From Zootoca vivipara (lineage: Eukaryota), in the NCBI RefSeq assembly GCF_963506605.1, contig NC_083285.1:41168001-41232000 (forward strand): a stretch of DNA of 64,000 bases, given 5' to 3'. The position numbers and the translations under genes are program-made. The notes beneath the pieces are model-generated. The model was not told where the DNA came from. It saw only the letters and a list, made by a program, of their open reading frames with translations, and ran no database searches. Positions 38,740-52,052 of this stretch are shown piece by piece; positions within the stretch are counted from its first letter, which is position 1; each line of letters starts with the position of its first letter.

Positions 38740-39240
38740 ATTATTCCTAATAGGAAGGCCTCTGTTTTGGGTGGTGGTGGTGGGGGGGGATGTCATCCTT
38801 AACCTATTTTTTAGTTCTACGTAAATCATTTCCCAGTACATTTTGGCCTGCTTACACAACCACCACGTGTGGAAGAAGGTGCCCTCTATCTCTTGGCATT
38901 TCCAGCATAATTTGGATCCTTTTAAAAAACATATTTAAGAGCTTGCTTGGAGTCAAATACCATCTATACATCATCTTACATAGATTTTCCTTTAGTGTGT
39001 AGCAGGCAGAGAAGTTCATTGTTATCCATAATCTCTACCAACCTCTCATTTTATGTATTGTGGCCTATATCAATTGCCCAATGAATTATACTGTAGTTGC
39101 TTTTATCTCATCTTTTGTCTCCCACTCTAGAAGAATTTTATAAATCTATGAGACTAATTTCTCATCATTTCCTAATGGAGCTCTTTTGAATTCCGAACCA
39201 TCTTCTGAAAAACCTTTTTCTTTATCTTTTATTTAAACAT
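38740..39240 (-). mobile_element. L1 ORF2 3' fragment
   Basis: KMMYRWYLTPSKL and VVCKQAKMYWEMIY L1 C-terminal motifs. Confidence 0.7.
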
Positions 39241-39269
39241 TTCATTCAACTGATGCTACTGAAACCAAG

Positions 39270-39850
39270 AAGGAAGAGCGCGCGGCCCCCATCCGCAGCA
39301 CAGCGGCGGTTGCTCCCTCAAGGACGAAACCCGGAAGGCTTCGCCAGTCGAACCTCCCACAGCCCAATGGCTGGCGAGCCTTGGAGAAATAGCACAGCTC
39401 TAAGCCAATGGCACTCGAGCACCCTCGAACAAGCCCGTCCACTCTGTACGGAAAACATCCGTCCGGGAATGGGTAGGCGGGGCGTATCAGGCCGAGGAAG
39501 ATGGCGGCGCCCGGAGCCGGGAAGGTAGCGGCGGGCGCCGCGAGGGCAGCTGTAAAGCCCATCTTCAGCCGGGACTTGGCGGAGGCCAAACGGCGCGTGC
39601 GAGAACTGTATAGGGCTTGGTACCGAGAAATACCAAACGCTGGTGAGGAGGCGCGGCTGCAGGCGAGCGACCTCCCCCTCAAGGTCGCGTCCAGAGGGGC
39701 GGCGCGTTACGGGGGACGGGCGGGCGCTTCGCTCAGGGCAGGAGGGCGTCGTCGCGGGCTGCTCCCCCTCCCCAAATTTCCCCGCTTCCCCGGACTCCCT
39801 TTCCTTTTGAGGCCGCTGCCGAGAGAGTGGCCTGCTCAGAATTAAAACGA
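39270..39850 (+). promoter_or_regulatory. NDUFA6 CpG island promoter
   Basis: CpG-rich; ETS CCGGAAG ~39331, CCAAT at 39364 and 39405, YY1-type AAGATGGCGGC over the ATG. Confidence 0.8.
39501..39642 (+). CDS. NDUFA6: NDUFA6 exon 1
   Basis: [26 protein letters not shown] (LYR motif); G|gtgagg. Confidence 0.96.
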
Positions 39851-42000
39851 AGGGCAGGGAAGGCAGATCGTTTCCCTGCTTCGACTGTTTCCCCTTCCCA
39901 CTCGTGTCACGGTCCTCTCTATGACACTTCAGGTCACGCCATCCCAGTCCGCGGCGCATCATGCCATGGATGTAGTTGACACTCTGATCTACACTGGTGA
40001 CTGCGAGTACCCAAAGAAGGGTTGGTTCAGCGTTAGCGGCGGTTATGATAGTAAGATGGTGTGTGCCTTTAATCCATTCAGGATAGGTGCCCACCAGTGG
40101 CGTGCGGTGACATTTGTGGTAGGGGAACAGTTAGGGTGCCAATGCGCGCCCACTCCCGGGGGGGGGGAGCAGAGTGAGGGGCGGAGGACAAACAGAGCCC
40201 ACATGAGGTTTACTCAAGAACCGCCGCTACGGAGGCAGATGTGGCTGCTACGTAAAGGCTGCATTCTACTGCAGCACCGTAGCAGCTACCGTCAAAATGT
40301 ACAGTTCTTAAAAAGAGCCCCTTTATAAAGACCTGCTTGTGGCATCAGTGTTGTTCCGTGCCCTGCCTCCCCCCCAGTAGTGGTGAGGGGTGGGGTCTGG
40401 CTGGCCTCTGCAGGGTTGGGGAAGGCAGCAACTGGGTGCCTCACAACAGAAAGAAGGCACCGTTTTTTGACCTTCAGGGTGGGAAGTGGTCTCTGCCCCA
40501 CACGTGCTGTGGGCTGTGCTGCTGCTGGGCGCTCTTTGGCACAGGAAGTTTAGATCTTGTTGGGAATACAGTAGCTTGCTGTCTGGCACAAAGCTCAAGT
40601 CTTTTACAAAATAAACCCAAGGTACTGCTCCCCATTGATCCAGGCTGCAACCTGGAGGGAGAGAAGTGCTATTGAACCGAGGGGGGGGGGGATACTTCTA
40701 AATAAACATGAAGAGAATTGAGCTGTGAGTCCAGCTGCCCACTCCTATTTGCTGTGCTTTGCAATGGTGCAAGGAGATCTCCTTCAACCTGCTTTTGTGT
40801 GGGGAAGGGGTTCCAGCTGCATCACTCTGTCCTCTGATTGCAATCGGAACCGAAGGACTTTTAAAATCCAGCAGCTCCAAATGTTGACGCAAGAGCTGCG
40901 TTTTTCAAGACGCAGGCAGAGTGGGAAAGATGCCCTATCCATGGCCAGGACTGGAGGATTATCCCGCTGCCCTACACATGCCCGGGAGAGACGCTGTGCC
41001 TGTCTCCCTCTGGCCCAAGGTGGTCGAGCCAAGCAGCCGTGCACACCACCCGGACGAGACCTGGTAACTGTGCTGCCCACCCAGGCTGGAGGAAGGGCAG
41101 CTACTGAGGCTGATGCCAGCCTTTGAGGTGCTCCTTTTCCCAACCGTTGTACGGTTGCCACTATGCCCCCCTGGCAGCCTTGCAAAGCTGGGATCCGGGG
41201 AGTGTGGCAGCGAGAATGCACAAAGTTGCACGGTTGTCCTCTGATTAAGCGTCGCCCACACTATTTGTAGAGTGCGTAGCAAAGCATGGGCGGCACATGC
41301 TCAGATGGGGAGGAAAGCAGGTTCTTAAGAGTCCCCCTCTCGTGCTTTCTACCCAATGAGCATACAGTGTGTCTGTTAATTACACACTGCATAGAGGGAC
41401 TTGGATCAAGAACTCACTTCCCCATGTGCGTGGGCATGTGCTGACACCAACCAGGACAAAGGACTACAAGGAGTGTAGCTCCGTGCAAGGAGTGCAACCC
41501 TCTGAGCAGCTTGGGTAGAGCAGCCAAACGAAGAAAGAGGCTAAGCAAGTAAATTTCAAGGAGGGCTGGAGGAAGAGAAGGAAGGAGGAGGGAGCATGGA
41601 GGGAGGTGTGTGAATATTTTACCAGGAACTTCGGGGCTAGTTCCTCCGGTCCACGGACTGTATGCCACTGGTGCCAACCCTGGTGGCATGTATGGGGCGG
41701 TTCTTATGGAGAATGGTGTTGGTTCACACTACAAGCTGGGCGTAACAGTTACATGTCATGAAAGCTTGAAGGACCTTGCTCATGACAGCTATGAGCTTTT
41801 GTATTTCCTGTAACTTAATGGGTTGCTAACACCTATTAGAAGGATCTTCCATTAGAGCTCGCTTTCCATGGAATGGAACAAAACAGCCAACTAGTTTAAC
41901 TGTGTTCAATTGGAGGTAGTCCAATTGTAAAAAGCAACTTTTTAAGTTAAGACCTAACACTCATTTTCTCACCCATTATTCTTTTTTGCTTACCATCTAG

Positions 42001-42116
42001 TGCATCTATACCAGCTGGACATCTCAATGAAACAGGGCCGGGATAAGGTGCGAGAATTGTTCATGAAGAATGCCCATGCCACAGACCCTCGAGTTATTGA
42101 TATGCTTGTTATTAAG
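42001..42116 (+). CDS. NDUFA6: NDUFA6 exon 2
   Basis: [38 protein letters not shown]|gt. Confidence 0.96.
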
Positions 42117-42880
42117 GTAAATTAAATTAACATTTGCCTTAAATTCAAAGCAAGCATAGGATGTCTGGTATATAGAGATAAAAAGCAAAAGTAGTTATCA
42201 GACCCCTGTAGAAATGGAGAAGGGGTTGAAAGCCCATAATAGACTTAAGAGAATGCCTCTTTCTATCATAAATGATACATGACTTTTTCTTTATGAAAGC
42301 TAAACCGTGTCTTGCAATATAGGTGTGTCTCTAACCGTGGGGTTTCAAACGCTGTGTCATCACAGAAACAATCCATATTCATGTGGTCTTATCCAAGTTT
42401 AGGTAACTTAGGGGAGACTTGGAAGAGCCTGCTTATGTCCTTCCTGGCACAACTGGCTTGCCGCTGACCAGTTATGCCTTCTTTACTGTACAGTAGTGCC
42501 ACCACCATGGAGCATATGAGACTATAGTTTTACTATACCAAAGGAATCACTGTCCAAATCTAAATCTGAAGTGGCAGAATCTTTCAAAATGCCTCCCCGC
42601 CTGCTGTGTCTGCCTTTCCCCCAATCTTTAAAAGTATTGTGAGTCAGTAGCAATGTGGCAAGGACATTGCCTACAGCTCACTATATATTTCTTCAAGCAT
42701 ACAGCATGTAATACAAGTTTCACAATGAACCTCCACTGTCATGTCATGTCCACTAATTTGGTTCTTAAAAGTCCCAATTTCATAGAAACCCGACAGTTGT
42801 GCCTACCCTGTATTAGCATAATAAATTATTTTAGTAATAGGCTAATTTAAACACCTTTCTTCCCTTTCCGTCTGATATAG

Positions 42881-43012
<132 letters not shown>

Positions 43013-43398
43013 GCTAAATGAACTTTGTGGAGTTGTGAAAGTGTATGTTCGTCTCCTTCTGTTCCAAATAAAGCCCTGTATATTGAAGAGCTCCTCAGCT
43101 GGGAGGTAGCCATGGTGGTACTCTCTGTTCCATACTGGTTCTGAATTCTTGGTGCAGATGCTTCAGCCATCCTTGATTCCTTTCATGCATTATCTACTTA
43201 CGATAGCCTGGGTGTGCAGTACCCTTGTTGCAACTGGCACCTAAAAAACAGTACTGGAGTACCTAAAAAACATGCTGGAGTCCTATGCACATGTACTTCG
43301 AAGTTAGTCCCATTTGAATAAAGTTAAAATGATTCTGTACTCAAAGAATAAAGAGGTTAGAACTCTGTGTGGGAAAGATTGTGTTCAGTAGTAGAATA

Positions 43399-43581
43399 CA
43401 GTGGTACCTCCGGTTGCAAACGGGATCCGTTCCGGAGCTCCGGTTACATCCCAAGGAATTCGCAACCAGAGGTACCGCTTCTGTGCGCGGCGCTGAAACC
43501 TGGAAAAATACTTCCGGGTTTGCCGCGTACATATCCCAAAGGATACATAACCGGAGGTGAACACAGGTAGAGGTACCACTG
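43399..43581. mobile_element. Tc1/mariner MITE
   Basis: TA|CAGTGGTACCTC...GAGGTACCACTG|TA. Confidence 0.9.
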
Positions 43582-43593
43582 TATATGTACTTT

Positions 43594-43968
43594 CACGGGA
43601 TGCAGGTGGCGCTGTGGTCAGCCACTGAGCCTTTTGGGCTTGCCAATTGGAAGGTCAGCGGTTTGAATCCACGCAACAGGGTGAGCTCCTGTTACTCTGT
43701 CCCACTTTCTGCCAACCTAGCAGTTCGAAAGCACACTAGTGCAAGTAGATAAATAGGTACTGCTGTGGCGGGAAGGTAAACAGCGTTTCTGTGCGCTCTG
43801 GCTTCTGTCATGGTGTTCCATTGTTCCAGAAGCAGTTTAGTCATGAGGGCCACATGACCCAGAAAGTTGTCTGGACAAACACTTGGCCTGAAGCGAGATG
43901 AGTGCCGCAGCCCATAGTTGCCTTTGACTGGACTTACCAGTAACCATCCAGGGGTCCTTACCTTTTAC
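43594..43968 (+). mobile_element. Sauria SINE
   Basis: Head gggatgcaggtggcgctgtgg, ACCTTT tail, 12-bp TSD tatatgtacttt. Confidence 0.9.
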
Positions 43969-44759
43969 TATATGTACTTTAATCCAGGATGCATTGGCTC
44001 TGATAAAATCATAAAGATTTGGTTCAAGAATATACTATTAATAGTTGAACATATATTTTTCCAGAAAGAGAAACCTGGAACACATTAATGGAGTTTTCCA
44101 AATGCTTAAAACGTAAGTGGTAACCCTTGGGCTATCCAAAGGGCAAGTTGATATATTACAGTGGGCTTTTCTTGCTTCCCGGAGTCCTCCCCCAGAAAAC
44201 CTGGAACCCATTGGTACTGGGTGTCTTGCCATACCATGAGTGTGTAATACATTTACTTTAATACCATTAAGTAAAAAAGCACTAAACTGGTGAGAAGTTT
44301 TAGCAATCCAACTGTTAACTCTACAGCCTGGATGCCACTGCCCTTGGAAAGACTGGTAAGCCAAACCTGAGCAATCTTGAGAGTGATCTGGCAGCAAATA
44401 AATAGCTCACTTTTCTCCTGCCTGCTTTCTTTGTGCCGATAGTTTCCCCTAGTTTCTGTTACTGCCCTTGAAATACTGTCACCACACTGACACTTTCCTG
44501 AGGAATGATTTCTCAGCCTATTGAGTCTTCTACCTGCCTTGCAGGAACATTTCTTTAATTCAGCAACCAGAAAGAAGCTAGCCATTAAACCGCCTTGATT
44601 ACACTTACGAGTTTGTAGTCTAAGGCTTCCAATAATTTCCTTTGCTTGCCAGGAGAGGTATTTTGGGGCTCCCCCCCCCCATTCCATCTAAGAAAGCTGA
44701 GCCCTATTCCAACCATCACAAATACAAGTGTAAAAAAAATGACAACTATTATGCAAGTA

Positions 44760-44940
44760 CAGTGGTACCTCAGGTTAAGTACTTAATTGGTTCCGGGGTG
44801 CCATTTGCACCCCGAAAAGTACTTACCCCGAGCGGCGATAGCGCACGTGCACGAAGTGGAACCCAGAAGTAAGCACTTCTGGGTCCGCGGAGTACTTAAC
44901 CTGAAAATACTCAACCTGAAGCGTACTTAACCCGAGGTAT
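44760..44940. mobile_element. Tc1/mariner MITE, right TIR degenerate
   Basis: TA|CAGTGGTACCTCAGGTTAAGTAC...GTACTTAACCCGAGGTA. Confidence 0.8.
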
Positions 44941-45859
44941 AACCTGAGCATAGTTTAATGCTCCTTAACCCAATTTTCATGGTTATTTAATACTGTATTC
45001 CTTCCCACTATGCAAGGGAGCCCTCCTGTGGTAGAACTGCATGCAGCAGCACTGCTGTGGCCTCTAGTTAGCTTCTAACACGAGTTCCTTCTTCAAAAAA
45101 CCCCACAAGAAAATCCTGTTTATCTGAAGTAAGAGGGTAGTAACGTCCCCAATTGCCCTGAACAATGTTCAAGAATACAAAATCCTGTTCTGTACAATAT
45201 TATGCAAGTGGGATCATGTGTACAATTATTTCACAGGACTAGCAGTCATCCTTTTTTTTAAAAGCAAACAGGGCTGAATGAGGCATGTGTAGTGAAAAGT
45301 GGCAATCCATTTTTGAATCCACAGACTCTAATCCCATTGACCTTCAGAGCATAGGAGAAACGTGGTACAAATAAAAATAATGTTTAGGTAAATTGATGAT
45401 ACAGGAAGCAATTCCTCTTTGCCAAATGTTAAGTTAATTTTATCAGAACTTAGACTTGCATGCATTTCTGGACTTTGGTAGGTGTCATAAACCCAAGATG
45501 CCGCTTATCAGTCAATATTGTAACATGTCAAGTTCAAAAAGTTATGGCATAATCATTTACCGTACACCAAAATAAAACAGTGCCTGATATCAAAGGGCAT
45601 CTGCTCACTATTAGATATCAAGATTCAAAAAGAAGTATTTGCGCTGCTGCTGCTTCTTTTTTTTGGAACAAGTCAGTCTAGCAGTTAAATAAAGTTACTT
45701 TTTCTGTTAAACATAGAATTTGCAGTTTCTCAAAAAAAAAGATGTAAAGGGGTGAAAGGGAATTGAAATTATTAATGCCTTTCAGCAAAGGTATGGTGCA
45801 ATAATACTTAATCACACTTGGATCCCTGCGTGCAGCCTAGGACAATTTAAAGAAGAGGT

Positions 45860-46161
45860 GCAAGCCTTGGTCTGTTATTCTTTATTTGCAATCTAAACCA
45901 TTTCTTCACACTCATTAGAACAGGGGTCCAAGCACTCTCATAAACTAGGTGTTACATACAATGATTGCTGAACCAAGAAAATATCTTGCCTGTGTATGTA
46001 GCCAATCCTCATTTATACATGCACAGAACATTTATTGGTAGAATGGGGGTCCAACTCTCCCAAAATGTCTTCTTTAAAAACTGAAAAGAGGGGTCATGAC
46101 TAGACATTGACATCAGAATAGTTGTCTATGGCTTTCACTCTTGTTTTCTCCTATTTTAACC
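45860..46161 (-). other. SMDT1: SMDT1 non-coding last exon (3' UTR)
   Basis: Minus acceptor tcttgtttctttacag| at 46162; minus AATAAA at 46031-46036 and 45881-45886. Confidence 0.65.
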
Positions 46162-46546
46162 CTGTAAAGAAACAAGAATATGTTATTTCACACTGCAAAA
46201 TTGGCCCCATGTTCAACGTAGGATACTACCGGTAGCTTTGCAAAAATTAGAGAATGGCACAGAATACTAGTATCATGTGCATATTATAAACATACGGTTT
46301 GCTGCTTTCTATACAACACACAGCTTATTAAAACAAGTTCACTGTGACATTGGCAAGTGTATTTAGCATACAGCATATTGCCAAATCAGTGTAAACATTT
46401 TGGTCATGGCCTAATGAATTTATTGTCTATTCAGCTGTAATTCTTTCAAAATTATAATCACAAAAAGTAAGACAAAATAGTAACTAAATTATAAGCAGAA
46501 CTTTTTGCATATGCTTAGTTTATTATATAGGAATAAAACTAGGAAT

Positions 46547-46723
46547 GGAGGGCACAAGGAGAAGGGGGCGACAGAGGACGAGATGGTTGGACAGTGTTCT
46601 CGAAGCTATGAACATGAGTTTGACCAAGCTGCGGGAGGCAATGAAAGACAGGAGTGCCTGATGTGCTCTGGTCCATGGGGTCACGAAGAGTCAGACATGA
46701 CTAAACGACTAAACAACAACAAC
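46547..46723 (+). mobile_element. BovB/RTE 3' tail in SMDT1 intron 2
   Basis: Same consensus as 15116-15345; TSD aaaactaggaat. Confidence 0.9.
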
Positions 46724-47467
46724 AAAACTAGGAATAAAAGAATGGGAAAGGAAAGGTAGGAAACAGTGCTTTTAGGACAGGAATTGTGATCTAGGGTATA
46801 TACTTGCTATGATAAGGGTGAGAAGAGATTTCAAAGGCTGCTGCAACTACTCCAATAAAAAGATGAGCTCAGTGGCCTTCACTGCAAACATTGTAGGGAC
46901 ATGCAGGGTAGGGAAACTGTTTAAGTCTTAAGGCCACATTCCCTTGCAAGAAAGCTTTTGGGGGTGCATGCCAGTGCTGGATGGGGCAATGGATGCAACC
47001 CTTTATGCAGCTGACTACATTCCAGCCAGGCAAAAATCAAGAGGTTTATACACATACACACCCATACCTCCCATCTTTCATTCACCAAACAGACATTATA
47101 ACAGTTCAAGGACACATTCCAGCCAGGCAAAAGCACAAGGATGAGGAGCAGGGCTGCTGTGGGGATTGCCCTGGAAAGAGGTACATTCAGCACTCAGGTC
47201 TAAGGTTCCCCACTTGTAGGACAGTGTATGAGAGGTTGAGATGCAACCAGATTCATTTCTTGCCTATCTTGTACACTCATACTCCATATGTTAGTACTAG
47301 TTTTCGTGAGAATTTAAGTATAGCTGGAGTTTATTGTTTCTGGCTATCTGTTTTGACCTAACAGGTTTGCCAATGAAGGATTGTCTCCAAGTGTTTTATT
47401 CTAGTTTCACTCATCCTACATCAAATGAGGGGGGAAACTTCAGATCAAGTTTCTGCTTTTATACCTA

Positions 47468-47605
47468 TTAATCATCGTCGTCGTCATCCTCTGGTACAAA
47501 AATATCATGTTCCTCTAGCAAGGCTGCAAAGTTTTTGCTGATTTGTGTCCCGACATAGAGGAAGGGAATTACAACGGCAAACACACGAAGGAGACCAAAG
47601 GGCAT
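47468..47605 (-). CDS. SMDT1: SMDT1/EMRE exon 2 (TM helix and poly-Asp tail)
   Basis: MPFGLLRVFAVVIPFLYVGTQISKNFAALLEEHDIFVPEDDDDDD*. Confidence 0.96.
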   Translation of the reverse strand: MPFGLLRVFAVVIPFLYVGTQISKNFAALLEEHDIFVPEDDDDDD

Positions 47606-48539
47606 CTGCAGAGATTAATTGAGAACCAGTTTAATATCCCTTTCAATGCAAGTCCTGCAGAAAAAGTTGTTCATCAACAAATCTCTACAAAGCTGCCAAC
47701 GTGCATAAGTCTAGAGCTGATGGAAAGATTTAAAGAAATGTCATTACCCTTCAAATGTTTGCACCCATAAATAATAGCTCATATTCTTACTGTTCTACTA
47801 ATTCACATTTAAACCCACATAGAAAAATATTTGTAAAAATGTCTTCAAATATATAGAAAAACTAAGAAAAAACAAAAAACAAACAAAAATGAATATTAGT
47901 ATTAAGCAAGCAACACACTTTATATCCTAAATACATAAAGAGGAAAACTAAAAGTTTGCATATTATCAGATACTCCAAAGTGTTTTCTTCATGGGCGGGG
48001 GAACCTATTGAGTAACAGCATTACTCAATGTACTGCAGCACTGATTAGTCCAACTTATTTTATAAGCACCTGAAATTCATTTTGAACGCAGCAGCAAAAA
48101 TCCTTTATTCTATGGGTCACATTAGCTCACCTCCCCCCTTTTCTCGGGTTCCTGGCAATTCCCTTTGCCTCCCGTTTTTGGACCCACTCTCTTTCATCTG
48201 CTCCTCCTTGCAGCCCTCATTTTATAGACAAGTGCTTGTGGAACTTCTGAGAAACCAAATGTGGGGCTTCCCTTAAAACGTTTCTCCTGGAAGCTGAGCG
48301 GATGGGGCTCTGAAAGGCCACATTCCAGACACCTGACAAAGTAACCCGACAAAGAGTGGCTGGTCCATCCCACTTCATACTTGTCAAATTCAACTTGGAC
48401 ATGAAAGCAGTCGGCCAGGTATCAGTCACCCGCAGTTACTAACATTTCCTGTCACCTGTTACAATAAACAAAAGGGGCAGGAAGGCAGTATCTTCGGGAA
48501 AGATCACTCCCTTCCGGCTTTAACCGAGGTGAAGCAAAA

Positions 48540-49250
48540 GGAAACACGCCGACGGCCGACACATACAAACACACCCTTTTCTTTTTATAAATGACCCGCC
48601 CGCCCGCCCGCCCGCCCGGTAACCCACAGGCAGGAGAGGGGAGGAAGCGCTCACTATCCCCCTATGGCTCTAGTCTTACTGGAATGGGAACCTCCCTTTA
48701 CGTCACGGGATCATTTCCTAGTGGTGCTTCTGTTCTAAAGCCCGCCCCTGCCGCCTTATCCATTGGGCAACCACCTGCCAAGCCAACACTCCTTTCAAAC
48801 CATTGGCTGACACAACGTCCTCCAAGCCCGGCAGCCCATCCCGATTAGCGATTGGCTGGCTTCACTCCCAGCTCGTTTCCCCTCCGCGACCCGAGGCTCC
48901 CCTTCGCTTACTCACTTTGACGGGCTTGGGCAAGATGGCACCAGTCCGGGTGACGGTGATATTTCGCGAGGGGGCAGCGGTCACTGAGGGGCCCCTCTGG
49001 CTCCCGACGGGCCTCGCCCAACACCCTGCCGCTGCCCACAGGCGCCCAGCCATCTTCTCTGTAGCGCTACCGCTATAGCGACGCGACGCGTCCGAAGTGT
49101 CGGAAGGATGGGAGGTGCTTTCTCAAATCTCGCGATATGAGGATGAAGGAGTAAAATACCTCCAGGGCGCGCGTGGCCAGAGTGATGCCAGAGAGATTCG
49201 AAAAATATAGAGGTTGCTCTCATCGTCTCGGATGGGTCGTTTCTTGGTTC
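48540..49250 (-). promoter_or_regulatory. SMDT1 CpG island
   Basis: CpG-rich; TCTCGCGATA (near-match to TCTCGCGAGA) at 49128-49137, ETS-like sites, intronic CCAAT cluster. Confidence 0.7.
48916..49053 (-). CDS. SMDT1: SMDT1/EMRE exon 1 (mitochondrial presequence)
   Basis: MAGRLW...PSRNITVTRTGAILPKPVK|gtgagt. Confidence 0.93.
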
Positions 49251-51573
49251 CTATTTGAAAAGTCTCTCGGCGAAAGTGCTCAGAAAACCCAACAGAGGAA
49301 TCTTATGTTTTAGCTTATCGGGCTTGACCCCAAACAGTAGGAGTTCCTACTTGCCAACTCTAATCCAGTTACCTGTAACTTTGTTTATTTGCTTTGCCAG
49401 TATTCAAAGAGGTCCCCTGCCAATGAAGTGCCTCTTTACTCTTATATTCCTTTTAAAGGGCTTATGGGTCATGACGTTTCTGTGATGTTCAATATGAATG
49501 TGTGTGTGTGTGTGTGTGTGAATTGTCCTAATGTTTCTGTTTATTTTGTGCATCCTGTTTTTACATTACCTTTATTTTTGTTAACCCTGTGACCATTTTA
49601 GTGAAGAGAGTATATAAATCTGTAAATAAATTAACTTAGTTGGTCTCTAAGGTGCTACTGGAAGGATTTTTTTATTTTGTTTTGACTGCGTCAGACCAAC
49701 ACAGCTACCCAGCTGTAACTAAATTAAGTTTGTTACCTACAAGAGTGGAGCGGGCTGTGGCTACAGAACAGCAGCTTGCCAGACTGGGTAACTGGTTGGC
49801 ATCTGTGGGACATTGGAAAGTAGACTAGGTAAATACTTGGTCTGATCCTGCAGGACACTAAATACCGTATGTTAGAACTCCCAGGGAGGTAACTCAAGAC
49901 ACAGTCTCATCACCGTGCAGCCAAACACTACAATATATATATTAAAAAGTTTATTCAAGAATAAATTTGTTCTACAAATAACTATGAAACAGTAGTGTAT
50001 ATTCTTGTTTTAAATGTAAAGCATAACCCATGCAAACATACAAAAATGTAATTCAAGAGTGTATGTAGAGCACCATGAAGTTATTAGCTTCCATTTGTTG
50101 TACGACCTTAGCAGGTATATTCTGGCTGCTGCTAACATTATTGCAGATCAGAATTTTTTTCTTTGGAGTAGATCTTCCTTCATTAACCATTGTCACTGTT
50201 GGAAGTGACATATTTGTCATGGTAATGAAGAGTCGGACACGACTAAACGACTAAACAACAACAAAACTTGATTTTATCATATTAAAAACAGTCATGGTAG
50301 TTCTTTCCTCCCAGCAGGGATATCATTCCATTTGAACGTTGCAACTGGTTATTAATAGCACTGGTCTGAGCCTAGGATGACATGGTAAACAATGGCTTTG
50401 GTTGGCCAATTAGTTATAGTTAAAGTCACTAATGTGCAAGATCGCTAAAGAACAAACCTGATCCCAAAAATGAGAACACAACAATATGATATAAAGGCAG
50501 TGTACCGTATACTGGACACCATAGAACAATGAATCCAGTGCCTATTGGCATGATTTAAATTGAAGTTCATGGACTTATGACTACAAAACTCACAACTCAG
50601 TGATTGCAGTTGAGATGGCTGAGAAGTCTAGGTTTATACTGTTCTTCACCCTAATCGGGCTATGAACACATTAGCGGCTTCCTTAGGAGACTATTGTGTA
50701 GGTCAGAACAACAGGGATAAGGGACAAATGTGGCTCTCCAAGTTTCTCGATAGGGCCTTAGACATTCCCCAAACCACACCCCTCCCTGCCTCTGCTTTGC
50801 ACCCTGATTGTTTTTACCTGGCTAGAGCAGGTTCTTGAACTCCAATAATGCTTCTTGCTTGTCTAGTTGGAGGATAGAAAGATATGTACAAGTGCATGTA
50901 GAAACTAGACTACAGTACAATGCTAACATCTGCTCTGCTCACTGCTGGCATTTCGTGTAATTAAATGGTCACATATGTGGGAGAAACTGTCCCTAATTTG
51001 TTGGTTCACTTACTCAGATCTAGATCATGTTGCCTCTTGAAGAGGTTATCTTCAAATACTGACTCAAAATGTAGCGAAAGCTCTAAAAGCGAGATTCCTT
51101 AGCTATGGATCTTGGAAGCATTTTGTAATGTCTACTCTAAGGCAACACTGTGACTAAGAGTGTGAAACTACTGTATCAAATTTCACCTTGGCAAGAGGTG
51201 GGTTTAGGCAATTTGCTTTGCCTTCCATATGGCGATAAATATACTAGCCTACCTTTTCAGATTGTTGTCAGTAATCTTTATGTAATCTATGTGAAGATTA
51301 TTGAATATTTGAAATGTGCTGTATAAATGATTATTATTAGTCTAACAGAAGGCTCAAAGCAACTGGAATATATAGATTGAATGTCATTAATTGAATTGTA
51401 TGGTTCAATAGAAATTCAGATTCCTTTCATGTGTCAAGAAGCCACTTGAAACATGAGAGTGCCATCTTGAGCTTTACAGCCACATTGCGAAAGAAGTAGT
51501 GAAAGAAGTGCGCCATAGCCTTTTGCTAACACTGCTTGAGATACAGATGGTGCATGGTTAATTTTTAGAGATA

Positions 51574-51819
51574 CAGTGGTACCTCGCAAGACTAATGCCT
51601 CGCGCAACGAAAAACTCGCTAGACGAAAGCGTCTTGCGATGTTTTTGGTGACTCGCAAGACAAAGTTTTCAATGGCTGCGCTTCGCAAGACGAAGCTTTC
51701 GGCAGTTTGTTTGTTTGTTGTTGTTTTTTGCCGTGGCAACCCGTGCTTCGCAAGGCGAAATTATCGCTAGATGAAGCAACTCGTGGCATGAATTAATTTT
51801 GTCTTGCGAGGCACCACTG
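51574..51819. mobile_element. Tc1/mariner MITE in the probable PHETA2 3' UTR
   Basis: TA|CAGTGGTACCTCGCAAGAC...GTCTTGCGAGGCACCACTG|TA. Confidence 0.9.
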
Positions 51820-52052
51820 TATTCTGGGCATTTCAAGATCCCCATGTTGATACTAAATTTTGAGAGTAACCTAGAACATACATATATTTGCAATACACTA
51901 TTCCAGAAAGCAATATAGGTTCTTTGGCAATTTTGTTGGCCAGGAGCAAATCCACAAGTGCACCAAGAGGTCTGTGAAAACTTGTTTTGTGCCTATTTTT
52001 CTCTTTCCTTCCTCCCTCTTCCCCACACCCCAAAATACTTTCCTCAATACGT

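Noticed and set aside
39242-40094. 146-aa and 258-aa antisense ORFs over NDUFA6 exon 1
   Set aside because: Stop-poor by-products of a GC-rich CpG island
40700-41800. Cluster of overlapping 90-145 aa ORFs in NDUFA6 intron 1
   Set aside because: No domain motifs; looks like an old GC-rich repeat that I cannot classify
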